Below, one piece after another: positions 41,678 to 53,514 of a stretch of 64,000 bases of DNA. This DNA comes from Pirellulales bacterium (GTDB lineage Bacteria; Planctomycetota; Planctomycetia; Pirellulales; PALSA-1355). The notes below the pieces were generated by a model. That model searched no databases. It was not told the DNA's origin and was given only the letters and a program-made list of their open reading frames with translations. The position numbers and the translations under genes are program-made. Each line of letters opens with the position of its first letter. The first letter of the stretch is position 1. Location of the stretch: the NCBI GenBank assembly GCA_963733035.1, contig CAVTBU010000008.1, forward strand, positions 128,001-192,000, read 5' to 3'.

Positions 41678-43834
41678 TCAAACCTTCACCGAGTCATCAC
41701 GGGGCCGAGGGTCAAATACAAGTTCCACATCGTCGATGCGAACGAATGCTTCGCCCATGCTCGGCGTCGATTGAACGCCAATTCCGCTCGAAGCGCTTTG
41801 CCTGGAATTCTTCAGTTCAACGATCACCGCCACGCCAATGCCGCGGCTGGTTTCCATGGCTCCACCGTCCTGGCTTCGCAGTTTCGCCGTCACTTCGAAT
41901 CGTTCGTAGTTGGACTGCTCGCCATCCGACCATGGCGGCAAGAATTCGGCCGAGGCAAAAACGCGATGTGCCGTGTGGTTTTTTTCCAAATCGAGAAAGC
42001 CGCAGATGATCAGCCGGCAGGTGAACTGCCGCAAGAATTCCTCACGGTAGAACGTTTCGCCGGATCCACCTCCGGCCGCATGAACCGAGAACGTGAATCG
42101 GCCCGCGCGGGGATTGCGCACTTCTTGCGAGAGCATCGCCCGTAATCCACCGCCGTTCGGCAAACCAGCGATATTTCCCTCGAATCGGATCACGGCGTGA
42201 TGCTCTCCGCCACGCGAGTGGGCGCTATCCTTTCCGATCGACACGCTCAGGCTGGCGTCGGCCGCGTCCCCCAAGGGTGAGGCTTGCCACGATTTGGCAC
42301 GGGTACGCGTGCCATGTGGCAGCAGCGGCGTGCCGCTTTCAAAACCTGTGTCGCGAACCTGCCGTTCGTCGTACGGTGGAACGAGCAGCTCATCGCCGCC
42401 AGCGGCGCTTCGGGCTAGTGTCGCAGGCCGGGTGCCAAGCAACTTCCAGAGCGGCTCGGCATGTGTGACGGGGAGTGGGCGTCCCGTACGGTCGGGAAAT
42501 GTTGCCTGGTGCGAAATGCCCAGCAAGTGGAAGATCGTGGCGGTTAGCTCCTGCGGCTCAACGCGCTGCGAAGCCGGGTGACCGCCCGTCTTGTCGCTCG
42601 ATCCATACACCTGTCCGCCCGCGATGCCGGCACCGGCCAAGGCAAAGCTGAACACGTGCCCCCAGTGATCGCGTCCGCCGAACTGGTTTATCTTGGGAGT
42701 GCGGCCAAACTCAGCCACCGCTACAACCAATGTTTCGTCAAGCAATCCCCGCTCGTGGAGATCCTCGATCAAGGCCGAATAGGCGACGTCGAACATCGGG
42801 CAGAGCGCATCCTGCAAGCGATCGGCGTTCTGCGCGTGCGTGTCCCACATCGGATTGTCCACGGCCGTGTCGCCCGGCTCGCGCGGCCAGCCGACATGGA
42901 CCAGTCGCACCCCGGCCTCGATGAGCCGCCGCGCCAGCAGCACGCACTGTCCAAACCGGTTCTTTCCATAGCGCTCGCGGACGCGGTCGGGTTCGTCGCG
43001 CACGCGGAACGCATCGCGGGCTCCGCCGGACGTGAGCAGTCCGAATGCGGCTTGGCGAATGTCGTCGAAGTTTTGCACGGCGACAGCGCGCTCGGCACGA
43101 TCGAGGTGCCGACCGACTTGTTCGAACAGCGACACGCGGCTCTCGAGCCGTAGCGGTGACATGCCATCGGGTAGCGATAGCCCTTCGATCTTGTAGTTCG
43201 CGTCCGACGGATCGCCGACGAATCGGTCAGGATCCCACTGCGAACCCAGGAAACCGCCAGTCTGCCCGGCCGGCCGCACGTTGTCGTTCAGCCGCATGAT
43301 ATCTGGAATCCACACGCTCGACAGCGCCGGCACGCGCTCGCTGGGCTTGAGCATCTTGACCACCGAACCAAAATACGGCCAATCGGTCGGCTTGATCTCG
43401 CGAGCGGTCGCGCCCGGGTACTTGTTTCCAGTCAGCACCCAATAGCCGCTAGTACTGTGCGTGTTGTCGTCGGTCGACATCGAGCGGACGACGGCGAGCT
43501 TGTCCGCCACGCGGGCGATGCGGGGCAACAATTCGCAGAAATGGATGCCGGGCACATTGGTCGAAATCGGCCGAAACGGACCCCGGATCTCCACCGGCGC
43601 ATCCGGCTTGGGATCAAAAGTCTCGTGCTGAGGTGGGCCGCCTTGCAGCCACAAATAAATCACGTTCTTGGCCCGGCCGAACGTCGGGTCGCCCGACACG
43701 GTGGCGCCCTGGGCCTGGGCTCGCAAGAGTGTCGGCAGCGAGAGCCCCAGCAGATTGAGTCCCCCGATTCGCATCAACTCGCGGCGCGTGATCCGATCGC
43801 ACAGGCTGTACGGACGGTCGTCGAGCGAGAACAT
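41678..43834 (-). CDS. DUF1501 protein with an extra C-terminal domain of about 250 aa
   Basis: TRRELMR, GGPPQHETFDPKP, LLARRLIEAGV, WDTH, EFGRTP, GRDHW. Confidence 0.9.
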   Translation of the reverse strand: MFSLDDRPYSLCDRITRRELMRIGGLNLLGLSLPTLLRAQAQGATVSGDPTFGRAKNVIYLWLQGGPPQHETFDPKPDAPVEIRGPFRPISTNVPGIHFCELLPRIARVADKLAVVRSMSTDDNTHSTSGYWVLTGNKYPGATAREIKPTDWPYFGSVVKMLKPSERVPALSSVWIPDIMRLNDNVRPAGQTGGFLGSQWDPDRFVGDPSDANYKIEGLSLPDGMSPLRLESRVSLFEQVGRHLDRAERAVAVQNFDDIRQAAFGLLTSGGARDAFRVRDEPDRVRERYGKNRFGQCVLLARRLIEAGVRLVHVGWPREPGDTAVDNPMWDTHAQNADRLQDALCPMFDVAYSALIEDLHERGLLDETLVVAVAEFGRTPKINQFGGRDHWGHVFSFALAGAGIAGGQVYGSSDKTGGHPASQRVEPQELTATIFHLLGISHQATFPDRTGRPLPVTHAEPLWKLLGTRPATLARSAAGGDELLVPPYDERQVRDTGFESGTPLLPHGTRTRAKSWQASPLGDAADASLSVSIGKDSAHSRGGEHHAVIRFEGNIAGLPNGGGLRAMLSQEVRNPRAGRFTFSVHAAGGGSGETFYREEFLRQFTCRLIICGFLDLEKNHTAHRVFASAEFLPPWSDGEQSNYERFEVTAKLRSQDGGAMETSRGIGVAVIVELKNSRQSASSGIGVQSTPSMGEAFVRIDDVELVFDPRPRDDSVKV

Positions 43835-44012
43835 CGGGCATCTCCGCGGGGCAGGGGGGCGGGCCAGATGGGGGCCAGTATAGCAGGATGGCCGCCCAAT
43901 TTTCGAAAAATTGCACTGAACTTGACCCACCAGCGCGCGCCGATTTTAATTCAAGTAGAGGCGGACAATTGCCGTACTGACCCGTTCGATGTCGGAATGG
44001 AAGAGGTGGTCA

Positions 44013-44549
44013 ATGACTGCCGATGGCCCGGGGATGCCCCTCCGCGACTACTTTGCCGGAATTGCTGAGTACACCTTTCAAACTCGGATCGGAATTGCCG
44101 ATCCCCCGCTGATCGACTACATCAGCGATCTGCTTACCCGGTTCATACGAGCCGATAGCCTCTACAATGTCCGCGATCTCGGTGGCCGACGCTTGGGGGA
44201 GGTGGCCCTGATGCTGGCCGAAGCCGAGGCTCGCATCGGCGAAGCCCGCCGCGAGATCCATCGCCACATCGGCGACTTTGCCCTGTTCTGGACGGGCGTC
44301 TACCCCGAGGCACTCGGCCACACGCCCGATAAAACGGCCGATCGCACGGACCGATTCGTTGACTACTGCACACACGGCAAGCGTGCATACCACATCGCCA
44401 GCACCATTCCGGGCGACGACGCGAAGATCCAAAGTGAAATCCTCGAGCGGCTCAGCGATGAGTTCGAGCTGTGTGCTTTCGGCCTCAGTGAGGCCCGCAA
44501 GGAATGGGAACGTCGCGACCCGGACTCTGGATTGGTCGTGTTCAACTAG
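44013..44549 (+). CDS. Hypothetical helical protein
   Basis: Clean ORF with IGDFALFWTG.YP and Y...GKRAY motifs; GAGGT SD. Confidence 0.78.
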   Translation: MTADGPGMPLRDYFAGIAEYTFQTRIGIADPPLIDYISDLLTRFIRADSLYNVRDLGGRRLGEVALMLAEAEARIGEARREIHRHIGDFALFWTGVYPEALGHTPDKTADRTDRFVDYCTHGKRAYHIASTIPGDDAKIQSEILERLSDEFELCAFGLSEARKEWERRDPDSGLVVFN

Positions 44550-44714
44550 GCGACGTACTTTGCCGCCAGCGCCGTGATGGTGACGGGTGTTGTATTCGCC
44601 AGATCCATCGCGCCCGCATTGTTGAAACCACTTCTTTGCTTGACTGGGGTCACACGCTCGGCCCATACTACGTTGCAACGTCGTAACCGCCTCGCATCGA
44701 CGGGAGCCGCCTGC

Positions 44715-46103
44715 ATGGCACGTCAGACGACAAGCGCCGGATGTCCCGAATTTCGCCGTACAACAAGGCGCGATTTATTGCGAGTCGGTTCGCTGGGACT
44801 GGTCGGCCTGTCGCTTCCCAAGCTGCTCGCCGCCAGTGAGACGGTCGGGATAAAACCGCGGGCCAAGAGCGTGCTGTTCTATCACCATTACGGCGCGCCG
44901 AGCCATATCGACTCGTTCGACCCAAAGCCCGACGCTCCGGCGGAAGTCCGCGGTGAGTTTGGCACCATTCCCACGTCGGCGCCCGGGTTTTACGTGTCGG
45001 ACATCATGCCGCGGATTGCGCACGTCTGCGATCGGCTGTCGGTGGTCCGCACGATGAACCATCGCACGAGCAACCACAATCCGGCCGTCTACCTGGCGAT
45101 TACCGGGCGCACGTCGGAGCGCGACCAAGTGCAGGTCGGTGCCACGAGCAACGACTGGCCGCACTACGGGGCGGTGCTCGCCAAGCTTGCACCCGGCTCG
45201 GGGACGCTACCAGTGTCGGTGCAAGTGCCGCACCGAGCCTACGACCAGGTTTATACGTGCCCGGGCCAAACCGGCGGCATGCTCGGCAGCAAGTACGATC
45301 CGCTGATTGTCCAGCGCGATCCCAGCCAACCCAACTTTCAGGTCGAGGAACTCAGCCTGCGGGTCGACCCCCACAGGCTGCTCGACCGCCGGCGTCTGTT
45401 GGCGGCCATCGATGGTCAGATTCGCGGCTTGGAACAAGATGCGGCCGTGCATGCGCGCGATCAGTTTTACGAACGCTCGTTCTCGCTGCTCAGCTCGCCG
45501 GATGCCAAGCGAGCATTCGATCTCTCGCAAGAAAGCGACAAGCTGCGTGACCGCTACGGTCGGCACAAGAGCGGCCAAAGCTTGCTGCTGGCCCGCCGGT
45601 TGATCGAAGCCGGCGTGACGCTGGTGACCTGCTTCAGCGGTTCCAACCCGGGCGACGGCTGGGATACACACTCCGACAACTTCAACCGCATGAAAAACAA
45701 ACTCATGCCGCCTGAGGACCAGGCTTTCTCCGCCCTGATTGAAGACATGGACCAGCGCGGATTGCTCGAAGACACGCTCGTCGTCTGGTCGGGCGAGTTC
45801 GGGCGCAAACCGCAGATTGGCAAGCCGAATCCGCTGACGAACAACATCGGCCCCGGCGGCCGCGATCACTGGACGTATACCTACTCGCTCGTGTTGGCCG
45901 GTGCGGGCGTGAAGCGCGGTTGCGTTTATAGCGATAGCGATCGCATTGGCGCCAATCCGGCCGGTCCGGCTCACACTCCGGGCGATCTTGCGGCGACCAT
46001 CTTTTGGGCTTTAGGGCTCGACCCTGCCACCAACATCCACGACCGGCTAGGCCGCCCCTTCAAGTTGGCCGAGGGCCAACCGATAGCCGGCATCTTCACC
46101 TGA
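44715..46103 (+). CDS. DUF1501 protein
   Basis: TRRDLLR, PSHIDSFDPKP, LLARRLIEAGV, WDTH, EFGRKP, GRDHW. Confidence 0.92.
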   Translation: MARQTTSAGCPEFRRTTRRDLLRVGSLGLVGLSLPKLLAASETVGIKPRAKSVLFYHHYGAPSHIDSFDPKPDAPAEVRGEFGTIPTSAPGFYVSDIMPRIAHVCDRLSVVRTMNHRTSNHNPAVYLAITGRTSERDQVQVGATSNDWPHYGAVLAKLAPGSGTLPVSVQVPHRAYDQVYTCPGQTGGMLGSKYDPLIVQRDPSQPNFQVEELSLRVDPHRLLDRRRLLAAIDGQIRGLEQDAAVHARDQFYERSFSLLSSPDAKRAFDLSQESDKLRDRYGRHKSGQSLLLARRLIEAGVTLVTCFSGSNPGDGWDTHSDNFNRMKNKLMPPEDQAFSALIEDMDQRGLLEDTLVVWSGEFGRKPQIGKPNPLTNNIGPGGRDHWTYTYSLVLAGAGVKRGCVYSDSDRIGANPAGPAHTPGDLAATIFWALGLDPATNIHDRLGRPFKLAEGQPIAGIFT

Positions 46104-46137
46104 ACCTGCGGCCTTGCGACACGCGAGGTGCGCCGCG

Positions 46138-49100
46138 TCACGTCTCCGAAAAAGCCGAGCGAGCCGGAGTGTCAGCAAGCTGAGGCTTGAGGCCCGTTGG
46201 AACATGGGGGGCGGGCGCGGAGGTTGCCACCTGCGGCTGCCGCCGAACGCTCGCGATCACTTTGGAAAAATCGTCGAAGATCGAGTAGATCACCGGCGTG
46301 GCCAAAAGCGTCAGCAGCAGCGACAACGTTTGACCGCCCACGGCCAAAACCGCGATCGAACGCCGTTCCTCGGCCCCTGGCCCGGCGGCGATCAATAGCG
46401 GCAATAGTCCGGCCACGAAGCTGATCGTTGTCATCAAAATCGGCCGCAGCCGATCGCGGTTCGCTTCAATGATGGCGGTCAGCCGATCGGCGCCGGCAGC
46501 TCGCAATTGATTCGTGTGATCGACCTGCAGGATGGCATTCTTCTTCACCACCCCGAATAGCACCAGAATGCCCAAAGCCGAATAGAGATTCAGCGTTTCG
46601 CCGCCGAGCATCAAACTGAGCAAGCCGAACGGAATCGCCAGCGGCAGCGAAATGAGAATCGTCAGCGGGTGGACGAGGTGCTCAAACTGCGCCGCCAGGA
46701 TGAGATACATGAAAATGAACGCCAGGGCGAACGTCCAACCGAAATCGCGAAACGTCCGTTCGAGTTCGCGACCGCGGCCGGCGATGCTCGTCGCATATCC
46801 GGGCGGTAGTCCCATGTCGTCGGCTGCTTTTTGAAACGCGTCCAAACGGTCGGCCAGGGCGTATCCCGGCGCGAGGTTGGCCCGCACGGCCGCCATCCGC
46901 TGCCGGTTTAAGCGATCGATTCGCGGCGTGGTTTCGCTGTCGTCGAAGCGAACCACGTTGTCCAACCGAGTCAGCGGTGGACTGAGCGATAGCGCAGCCG
47001 CCGCGACCGAAGCGGTGCGCGCGGATGGAGCCGCACTGGCCCAGCCCTGCGGCGTGGTACGCACGTAGAGTTGGCTGATCGCGTCGCGACTCGAACGATC
47101 GATACCCACCAGCCGTAGTTCCACGTCGTAGGTATCGTCGGCCTGAGCGTCGTGATAGCGCGACACGCGATCGTCACCGCCAACGGCAATCCTCAACGTC
47201 TCGGCGATCTCTTGGACTTCGACGCCCAGAGCAGCGGTCCTTTCGCGATTGATTTCCACGCGCAGCTCGGGCTTGTCCATCCGAAGTGTCGTGTAGGTAT
47301 CGACCACGCCGGGCAGCTTCGCCACGCGCTGTCGCAATTCTTCGCTCACACGGGCCAAGGTTTCGATCTCCGGCCCTTCGATCACGAAGTCAATGTCGAC
47401 CGGCGCGCCTTGTCGCAAACTGGTCAGGTTCCGGACCGAAACGATCAATTCCTTGAACTTGCTCAATCGAGATCGGGCCGCGGTCATCACGTCGCGCTGC
47501 GAGTAGTTGCCTTCCCAGGCCTCGAGCGGATGCCCCGCAAGCGTCTCCTCCCAAAGTCGCCCCAGGCTGAAGGAGCGCTTTTCGATGTCCTCGATTTGGA
47601 CGTAGATTTCCCCATTGTTTAAGCTGGCCGTGCTGCGGCTGCCGGCGCTTGTGAGCAAATACACAATGCCCGGAATCTGGTCGAGCTCGTGTTCCACGGC
47701 CTTGAGCGTTTGATCCATCGTGACCAGCGAGGCACCTTCGTTGGCCGTAATCCGAATCTCGAATTCCGACTCGTCGACGTTCGTGGGCAGATAGTCCTGG
47801 TGCACGGCGTTGTACAGGGGCACGTTGAGCGCGATCACGGCGATCACCAAGGCGGCCACGAGCCACCGCGCCCGCATCGCCACTCGCAGAATTGCCACAT
47901 AGGCCACTTCGATGTAGTGGTAGAAGCCGCGCCGCGAGCGCGCCTCCGCCTTGCCCGCGCCCGCGCGGAGGGACGCAGCAGGCGCGAACACATCATGGGC
48001 GTCAGCGAGAAGCTGATCAGCATCGAGATCATGATCGCAACCACGGCGGTCATGCCAAACTGATAAAGCATTCTGCCGGTCACGCTCGACAGAAACGACA
48101 CGGGCAGAAACACGATCACCAATGAGAGCGTCGTGGCCAGCACGGCCAGGCCGATTTCGCGCGTTCCTTCGATCGCCGCCTGCTTGGGCGACATCCCCTT
48201 TTCCTCGATAAAGCGAAACACATTTTCCAAGACCACAATTGCATCATCGATCACCACACCAACCATCAGCACGAGCGCGAGCATCGTGACGTTGTTGAGC
48301 GTGAAGTCCAGAAAACGCATCATCGCGAACGTGGCGATTACCGAGCCGGGAATTGCCACCGCGGCAATCAATGTCGACCGCCACGAACGCATGAATAACA
48401 ACACCACAATCGAGGCCAGGACGCTGCCAGAGATCAAGTGGCCTTGAATCTCATGCATGGCCGCATTGATGTATCGCGATTGGTCCTGAATGATGTTCAA
48501 CTCGACGTCGCCCGGCAGCAACTCTCGGCTCCGTTTCAACCGCTCCTTGACGGCTGCGATCACATCCACCGTGTTCGTGCCCGACTGCCGCTGAACATAG
48601 AGCACCACCGCCGGCGTGCCGTTGAGCCGGGCCAGCGTACGAACTTCCTTCGACCCGTCGATCACCTGACCCAGGTCGCGCAGTCGCACGGCTGTGCCGT
48701 GCGAACTGGCCACTACCAGATCCAGGAAATCGTTCGGATCGGCCACGCGTCCAACGGTTCGCAGCGATAGCTCACGCGCGCCGGCGTCCACTCGGCCGCC
48801 GGGAATATCGGTGTTCTGCCTTACCAGCGCGTCGCGAACTTGCATGATCGAAAGCTGGTAGGCTGCCAGGCGGCGGGCCTCGACGTTCACCTGGATCGCC
48901 CGGTCCGTGGCGCCAGCGATAAACACCTCGCCGACGCCATGCGCCGACTCGATCACGTTCTTGACGTACCGGTCGGCCAGCAAAAACAGTTCCCGGCTGT
49001 CGCGATTTCCCGCCAGTGCCAGCGACATGATCGGCGACGCATCGAGATCCGACTTGCGCACGATCGGCGGATCGATGTTGGGCGGCAAGCGGTTCATGAC

Positions 49101-49445
49101 GCTGCTGACCGCGTCGCGCACGTCCTGAGCCGCCGCGTCAATGTCGCGATCGAGGTTGAACGTAATAATCAGCAACGAATTGCCATCGCGCGAGAGCGAC
49201 CGCAGCTCGTCAATTCCCGCCACCGTGGCCACCGCGTCTTCCTGAATTTGAGTGACCTCGGTCTCGATCTCTTCCGGTGACGCGCCGGGGTAGTTGGTCG
49301 AAACGATGATCGTCGGCAGGTCCATCCGCGGAAACCGATCGATGCCCAACTGCTGATATGCCGCCATGCCCGCCACGATCATGGCCGCCACCAGTGTCAA
49401 TGCAAACACGGGTCGGCGGACACAAACTTCAGCTAGCCACTGCAC
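46138..49445 (-). CDS. RND efflux permease (AcrB family), apparent frameshift at about 47955-47970
   Basis: RRPVFA, YPGASPEEIE, VIDDAIVVLEN, SLTPMMCS in ORF1; GVVKKNAIL, RLRPILMTT in ORF2. Confidence 0.92.
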
Positions 49446-49506
49446 AACCAGGCTCCTCGGATCACCGTCGTCTCAGGAAGATCAAATCGGTTTCGTCGCC
49501 AACTCG

Positions 49507-50783
49507 CTAGCCACCCAGCAGCGCCGCGCGGTCGCTGCGGGGCAGGCCAGGGTCGTCGCGCACCGCACGGACAACGCCTTCGTGCCCCTGTTCGCCGTTG
49601 GATAGCACCAAGTCACCGGACTCCAGACCACTGAGTACTTCGACCATGTTTCCGTCGCGGCGTCCGGTACGAATTTGCTTTGGCAACGCTTTGCTGTCGA
49701 CGACGGTCCACACCTTCTCGACGCCACCGAACGACACGACGCTTCGGGCTGGCACCGCCAATGCCCGCTGGTCGGCATCGACCAGGATTTCCGCCTCGGC
49801 AAACAAACCGGTACGTAACGCCCCGTCGTCGTTCTCGATGTCGGCTTCAATGATCAGCGAGCGGCTGCTCACGTCGAGCGCGGGGCTGATTCGTGAAATA
49901 CGGGTCTTGATCGGCTGCGGCTGCCCTTCCAGCACCAATGTCAGGGGCTGACCGACGCTCACACCAATGGCCGTCCGCTCGGGAATGCCGGCCCGAAACC
50001 GGAGCGGATTAATACGAACAAGCGCGGCCACCGGCTGTCCAACGTTGACATAGCTGCCTGGCGCGACATGCGTCTCCTGAATGATGCCGACAAACGGGGC
50101 CGTAAGGAGTGCGTCTTTCCGGTTTTGTTGGGCCAGCGCCAATTCCGCTCGGCGCAGCTTCAACGTCGCAATTTGACCTTGCACGGCATTCAAGGAGGCG
50201 TCGTAGCGGGCTTCAGCTACGTGGAGGGCCGATTCGCGGGCCTGAATCTCTTCTTGTGTCAGCACGCCTTTGCCGGCCAAACTCTTGACCCGCGCTACGT
50301 TCAGCCGTGCTTCCTCGAGCATGGCCCATTCCTGCAGCACCGGCGGCGCCTTGGACGGATTGAGTTGATCGTCCGGCACTCCCTCCTTAAGTCCGACGGC
50401 TGCCCGCGCCTGAGCAACCTGGGCCTCTGCCTGCTGGACCATCAGATCAAATTCTTCGGTATCGAGTTCGGCCACCGGCTGTCCCTCTTGCACCGGCGTG
50501 CCGATGTCGACGAACATCTTCCGAATGCGGCCCGCAACCTTGGCCCCCAGTAGCGCGTACTCATCTTCAATCAGCGTCCCCTGCGCCGCACGATTCGCGG
50601 CCAGGGGTGCAAGCTAGCTTCCACCACCGCCACGGATTCCTGCGCCGGGCTCGCGGACTTCTCGGACGCACGCTCGTCGGCGGAATGCGTGCCTCCGCAA
50701 CCGATCACGAGCCCGAGCACCAGGCACAAACCAGCGCGTCCGGATAGCATTCCGGCAAATTGCAATGCAGGAGTTCGCCGCAT
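49507..50783 (-). CDS. RND membrane-fusion lipoprotein, apparent frameshift at about 50586-50589
   Basis: Lipobox VIGC in the 5' frame; AKVAGRI, APFVG, LRTGLFA, SGLESGD downstream. Confidence 0.9.
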
Positions 50784-50960
50784 CGAACGCCTCGGAGGGA
50801 GGGAGCGTGGAGATCGGGAGGGAATAACCCCGGCGGGCCGCTCGCCTGATTGTAACTAAAGGCGGGGGGCGGGTCTAGGAAAACCGGACTCCTCAATTGC
50901 TGAACTGCGCAATCAAATCGGGCGGTCCACCTCACAGGCCGCAACACGCCGGCCGTCGAC

Positions 50961-52238
50961 CTAGCTTGCCGCATCCTCCGAAACCAAAATCTGCACGACG
51001 TCGAACGCGGTATGCCCCGACTTGCGGAACGGCCTCGGCATTGGCTGGCCGTATCCCTGCAAGTCGACCGTGCGGGAGCGCAATTTGTATTTGCCCGCGG
51101 GCAGGCCAGGGTGCACCGTCGCCCAGTGGACCTTTGAAAGTCGCAAGGGCCAATTGCGAGGCTGTCCCGACGTAGCAAAGCCCATCGTATTCGCCGGAAT
51201 TTTGTCGTCGGGCAAATCGCCGCCCCACTTCGCCGGAGGCGGCAATATTTCCACGTCGCGCCAGGGCGCCGTCAGATAGTAGCGGTCATCCTTGGGTAGC
51301 GGTTCTCCATCCGGATGTATCCAAACCTGCACTTTGGAGAGGCCTCCGATGCCCACCTGAGCGTACCCGGTTATTGGAATCGGACGGTGGGGCCGGACCT
51401 GCCGCGAGACGTCCAGCGAAGCGGCGAACGATTTCAGCGGACTATCGATATCGTTGCCCTGTTCCGCGTACGTGTCGTTGGCATGTGGCAGGTTACTTAG
51501 CAACACATGGGAAAGCCATTTGATCGATTTGAATCCGTATGCTTCTGGCACGACCATCCGGACAGGTCCGCCGCGCTTGCTCGATAGCCATTGACCGTTC
51601 AACTTGTAGCACAGGATGACAGGCGGCAGATCGAAGGGATCTTCCATCACGCGTCCGATCGGCAGCGAACTACGAAACATTTGCTTCGCATCATCGTTGT
51701 GGTAGCCGTAATACACCACGCGTCGCAAGTCTTCGCGAGGTTGCGTGAGCCACACCACATCGCGAAGCGGCACGCCCTCCCAAATGCCCATGCCGAGCGG
51801 ACAGCCGATGTTCAGGCATGTCATGACCTTCGGAAATCGGACGGCACGTTTCTCGGCAAGTTGCATGAGCCCGGCAAAGTCCAGGGCCGTGTCGTCTTCA
51901 CAGCGTAGCGGCTTGCGGAGTCGGACCGTATTCTCCGGATCGGCGATCACCTCCAGGCGCCAGGTGTCCCGTGTCAATCCGACTTGGCGCAACTTTTCCT
52001 CGGAGAGCGTGTGCGGAATGGGATCTCCGCGCGAAACGTCTTGAAAATCGTCGGCAGCGGTGAAGTACGGCTCGAGCTTTGCCAGCAGCTCGGCCAACTC
52101 CGCAGCTGGCGGCGCCTCGCCCAAAACAGCACGGGGCGCCCAGAGGCCGCTGGCCAATAGACCACCAGCACCGATCTTCAGAAAATGACGCCGAACCAGT
52201 TCACGATGTTCTGACAGGAAGCGAGTAGGCTCGTTCAC
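50961..52238 (-). CDS. Tat-exported sulfite-oxidase-family molybdopterin oxidoreductase
   Basis: RRHFLK signal; MTCLN (candidate Mo ligand Cys), WEGVPL, NGQ.L...RGGPVR.VVP..YGFKSIKWL. Confidence 0.88.
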   Translation of the reverse strand: MNEPTRFLSEHRELVRRHFLKIGAGGLLASGLWAPRAVLGEAPPAAELAELLAKLEPYFTAADDFQDVSRGDPIPHTLSEEKLRQVGLTRDTWRLEVIADPENTVRLRKPLRCEDDTALDFAGLMQLAEKRAVRFPKVMTCLNIGCPLGMGIWEGVPLRDVVWLTQPREDLRRVVYYGYHNDDAKQMFRSSLPIGRVMEDPFDLPPVILCYKLNGQWLSSKRGGPVRMVVPEAYGFKSIKWLSHVLLSNLPHANDTYAEQGNDIDSPLKSFAASLDVSRQVRPHRPIPITGYAQVGIGGLSKVQVWIHPDGEPLPKDDRYYLTAPWRDVEILPPPAKWGGDLPDDKIPANTMGFATSGQPRNWPLRLSKVHWATVHPGLPAGKYKLRSRTVDLQGYGQPMPRPFRKSGHTAFDVVQILVSEDAAS

Positions 52239-52527
52239 GGTCGTTGACCTTTGCGCACGATTTCTGTCGGCAAGTCAGCTAGAACACCAAGCGCTATCAG
52301 CTTAGACGACGAATCCATCGTTAGCCAACATAAACACGTCGACTAGCAAGGCGATCGCGAGGCGGGTCGTCCACCTGGACGTCGCACGGCTGCGGACCCT
52401 TGCGAATTACCGGGGATTCCGCGGCGCCGGCCCGGGCGTACCGCGAGAATGGACGTCCACGCCGAAAGTCACGATGCTGAGACCCGGATTCTGCCGAGCG
52501 ACAGCAGCCCTCCCGCATGCCGCTCGG

Positions 52528-53454
52528 TTAAATCACCAACCCCTTGGTGACCAACATGAACACGTCCTCCAGCGTCGGCTCCTTTTCGTGGAACGAACGC
52601 ATTCTGGCGCCGCTTTGACTGAGTTGCCCAAGCAGGGCCGAAACCCCCTCATCGTCGGTGGCCAATTCGATGACCACGTGATGGTCCTCCACCTGAACGT
52701 CGCGAAGATGCGGAGTGCTGCGAATCACCGACAGCCCCACTTCCATGCCATCGATAAACTTGATTTCGACGTGGCGATTGCCGCGAATTCGCCGATAAAC
52801 CTCGCTCATCGGGCCGTGCATGAGCAACTGTCCGCGCTCGATAATCCCGATCGACGTACAACAGTCGGCCAACTCGGTGAGAATGTGGCTCGATATCAGA
52901 ATCGTCTTCCCCATGCGGCGCAGCTCGCGAAGCAGGGCCTTCACTTCAAGACGCGCCCGAGGATCGAGACCGCTGCTGGGCTCGTCGAGAATCAGCACCG
53001 GCGGGTCGTGCACGAGCGTCTTCGCCAGGCAGAGACGCTGCTTCATGCCGCGCGAAAGGCCGTTGACGAAGTCATCGCGCTTGTGCATCAGGTCGAGCAA
53101 CTCCAACACGTCGCCAATGACCTGTTTGCGCTTGGCCCGGGGAATCTGATAAGCCACGGCAAAGAAATCCAAGAATTCCCAAACCTTCATGCCGTCATAC
53201 ACGCCAAAGTTGTCCGGCATGTAGCCGACGCTCTTCCGGACCGCCAGCGGATCCTTGGTCACGCTATGACCGTTAACGATTCCCTCGCCCGAGGTGGCTT
53301 TGAGCAACGTCGCCAGAAAGCGAATCGTCGTGCTCTTGCCGGCGCCGTTGGGGCCGATGAAGCCAAACATCTCGCCCGCCTCAATCGTGAGGTTCAGGCC
53401 TTCAACCGCCACGAAATCGCCGTAGTGTTTTGTAAACTCGATTAGCTCGATCAT
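52528..53454 (-). CDS. ABC-2 type transporter ATP-binding protein
   Basis: GPNGAGKST, LSRGMKQR, LDEPSSGLDP, SSHIL. Confidence 0.95.
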   Translation of the reverse strand: MIELIEFTKHYGDFVAVEGLNLTIEAGEMFGFIGPNGAGKSTTIRFLATLLKATSGEGIVNGHSVTKDPLAVRKSVGYMPDNFGVYDGMKVWEFLDFFAVAYQIPRAKRKQVIGDVLELLDLMHKRDDFVNGLSRGMKQRLCLAKTLVHDPPVLILDEPSSGLDPRARLEVKALLRELRRMGKTILISSHILTELADCCTSIGIIERGQLLMHGPMSEVYRRIRGNRHVEIKFIDGMEVGLSVIRSTPHLRDVQVEDHHVVIELATDDEGVSALLGQLSQSGARMRSFHEKEPTLEDVFMLVTKGLVI

Positions 53455-53514
53455 GATCGCGGTGGTGAGCCCTGGGGTGCCTCGAATCGTGCGCCGGCGA
53501 GTATTCCCAGCCAG

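Noticed and set aside
52240..52527. Moco riboswitch upstream of the oxidoreductase
   Set aside because: No recognisable consensus elements on the minus strand
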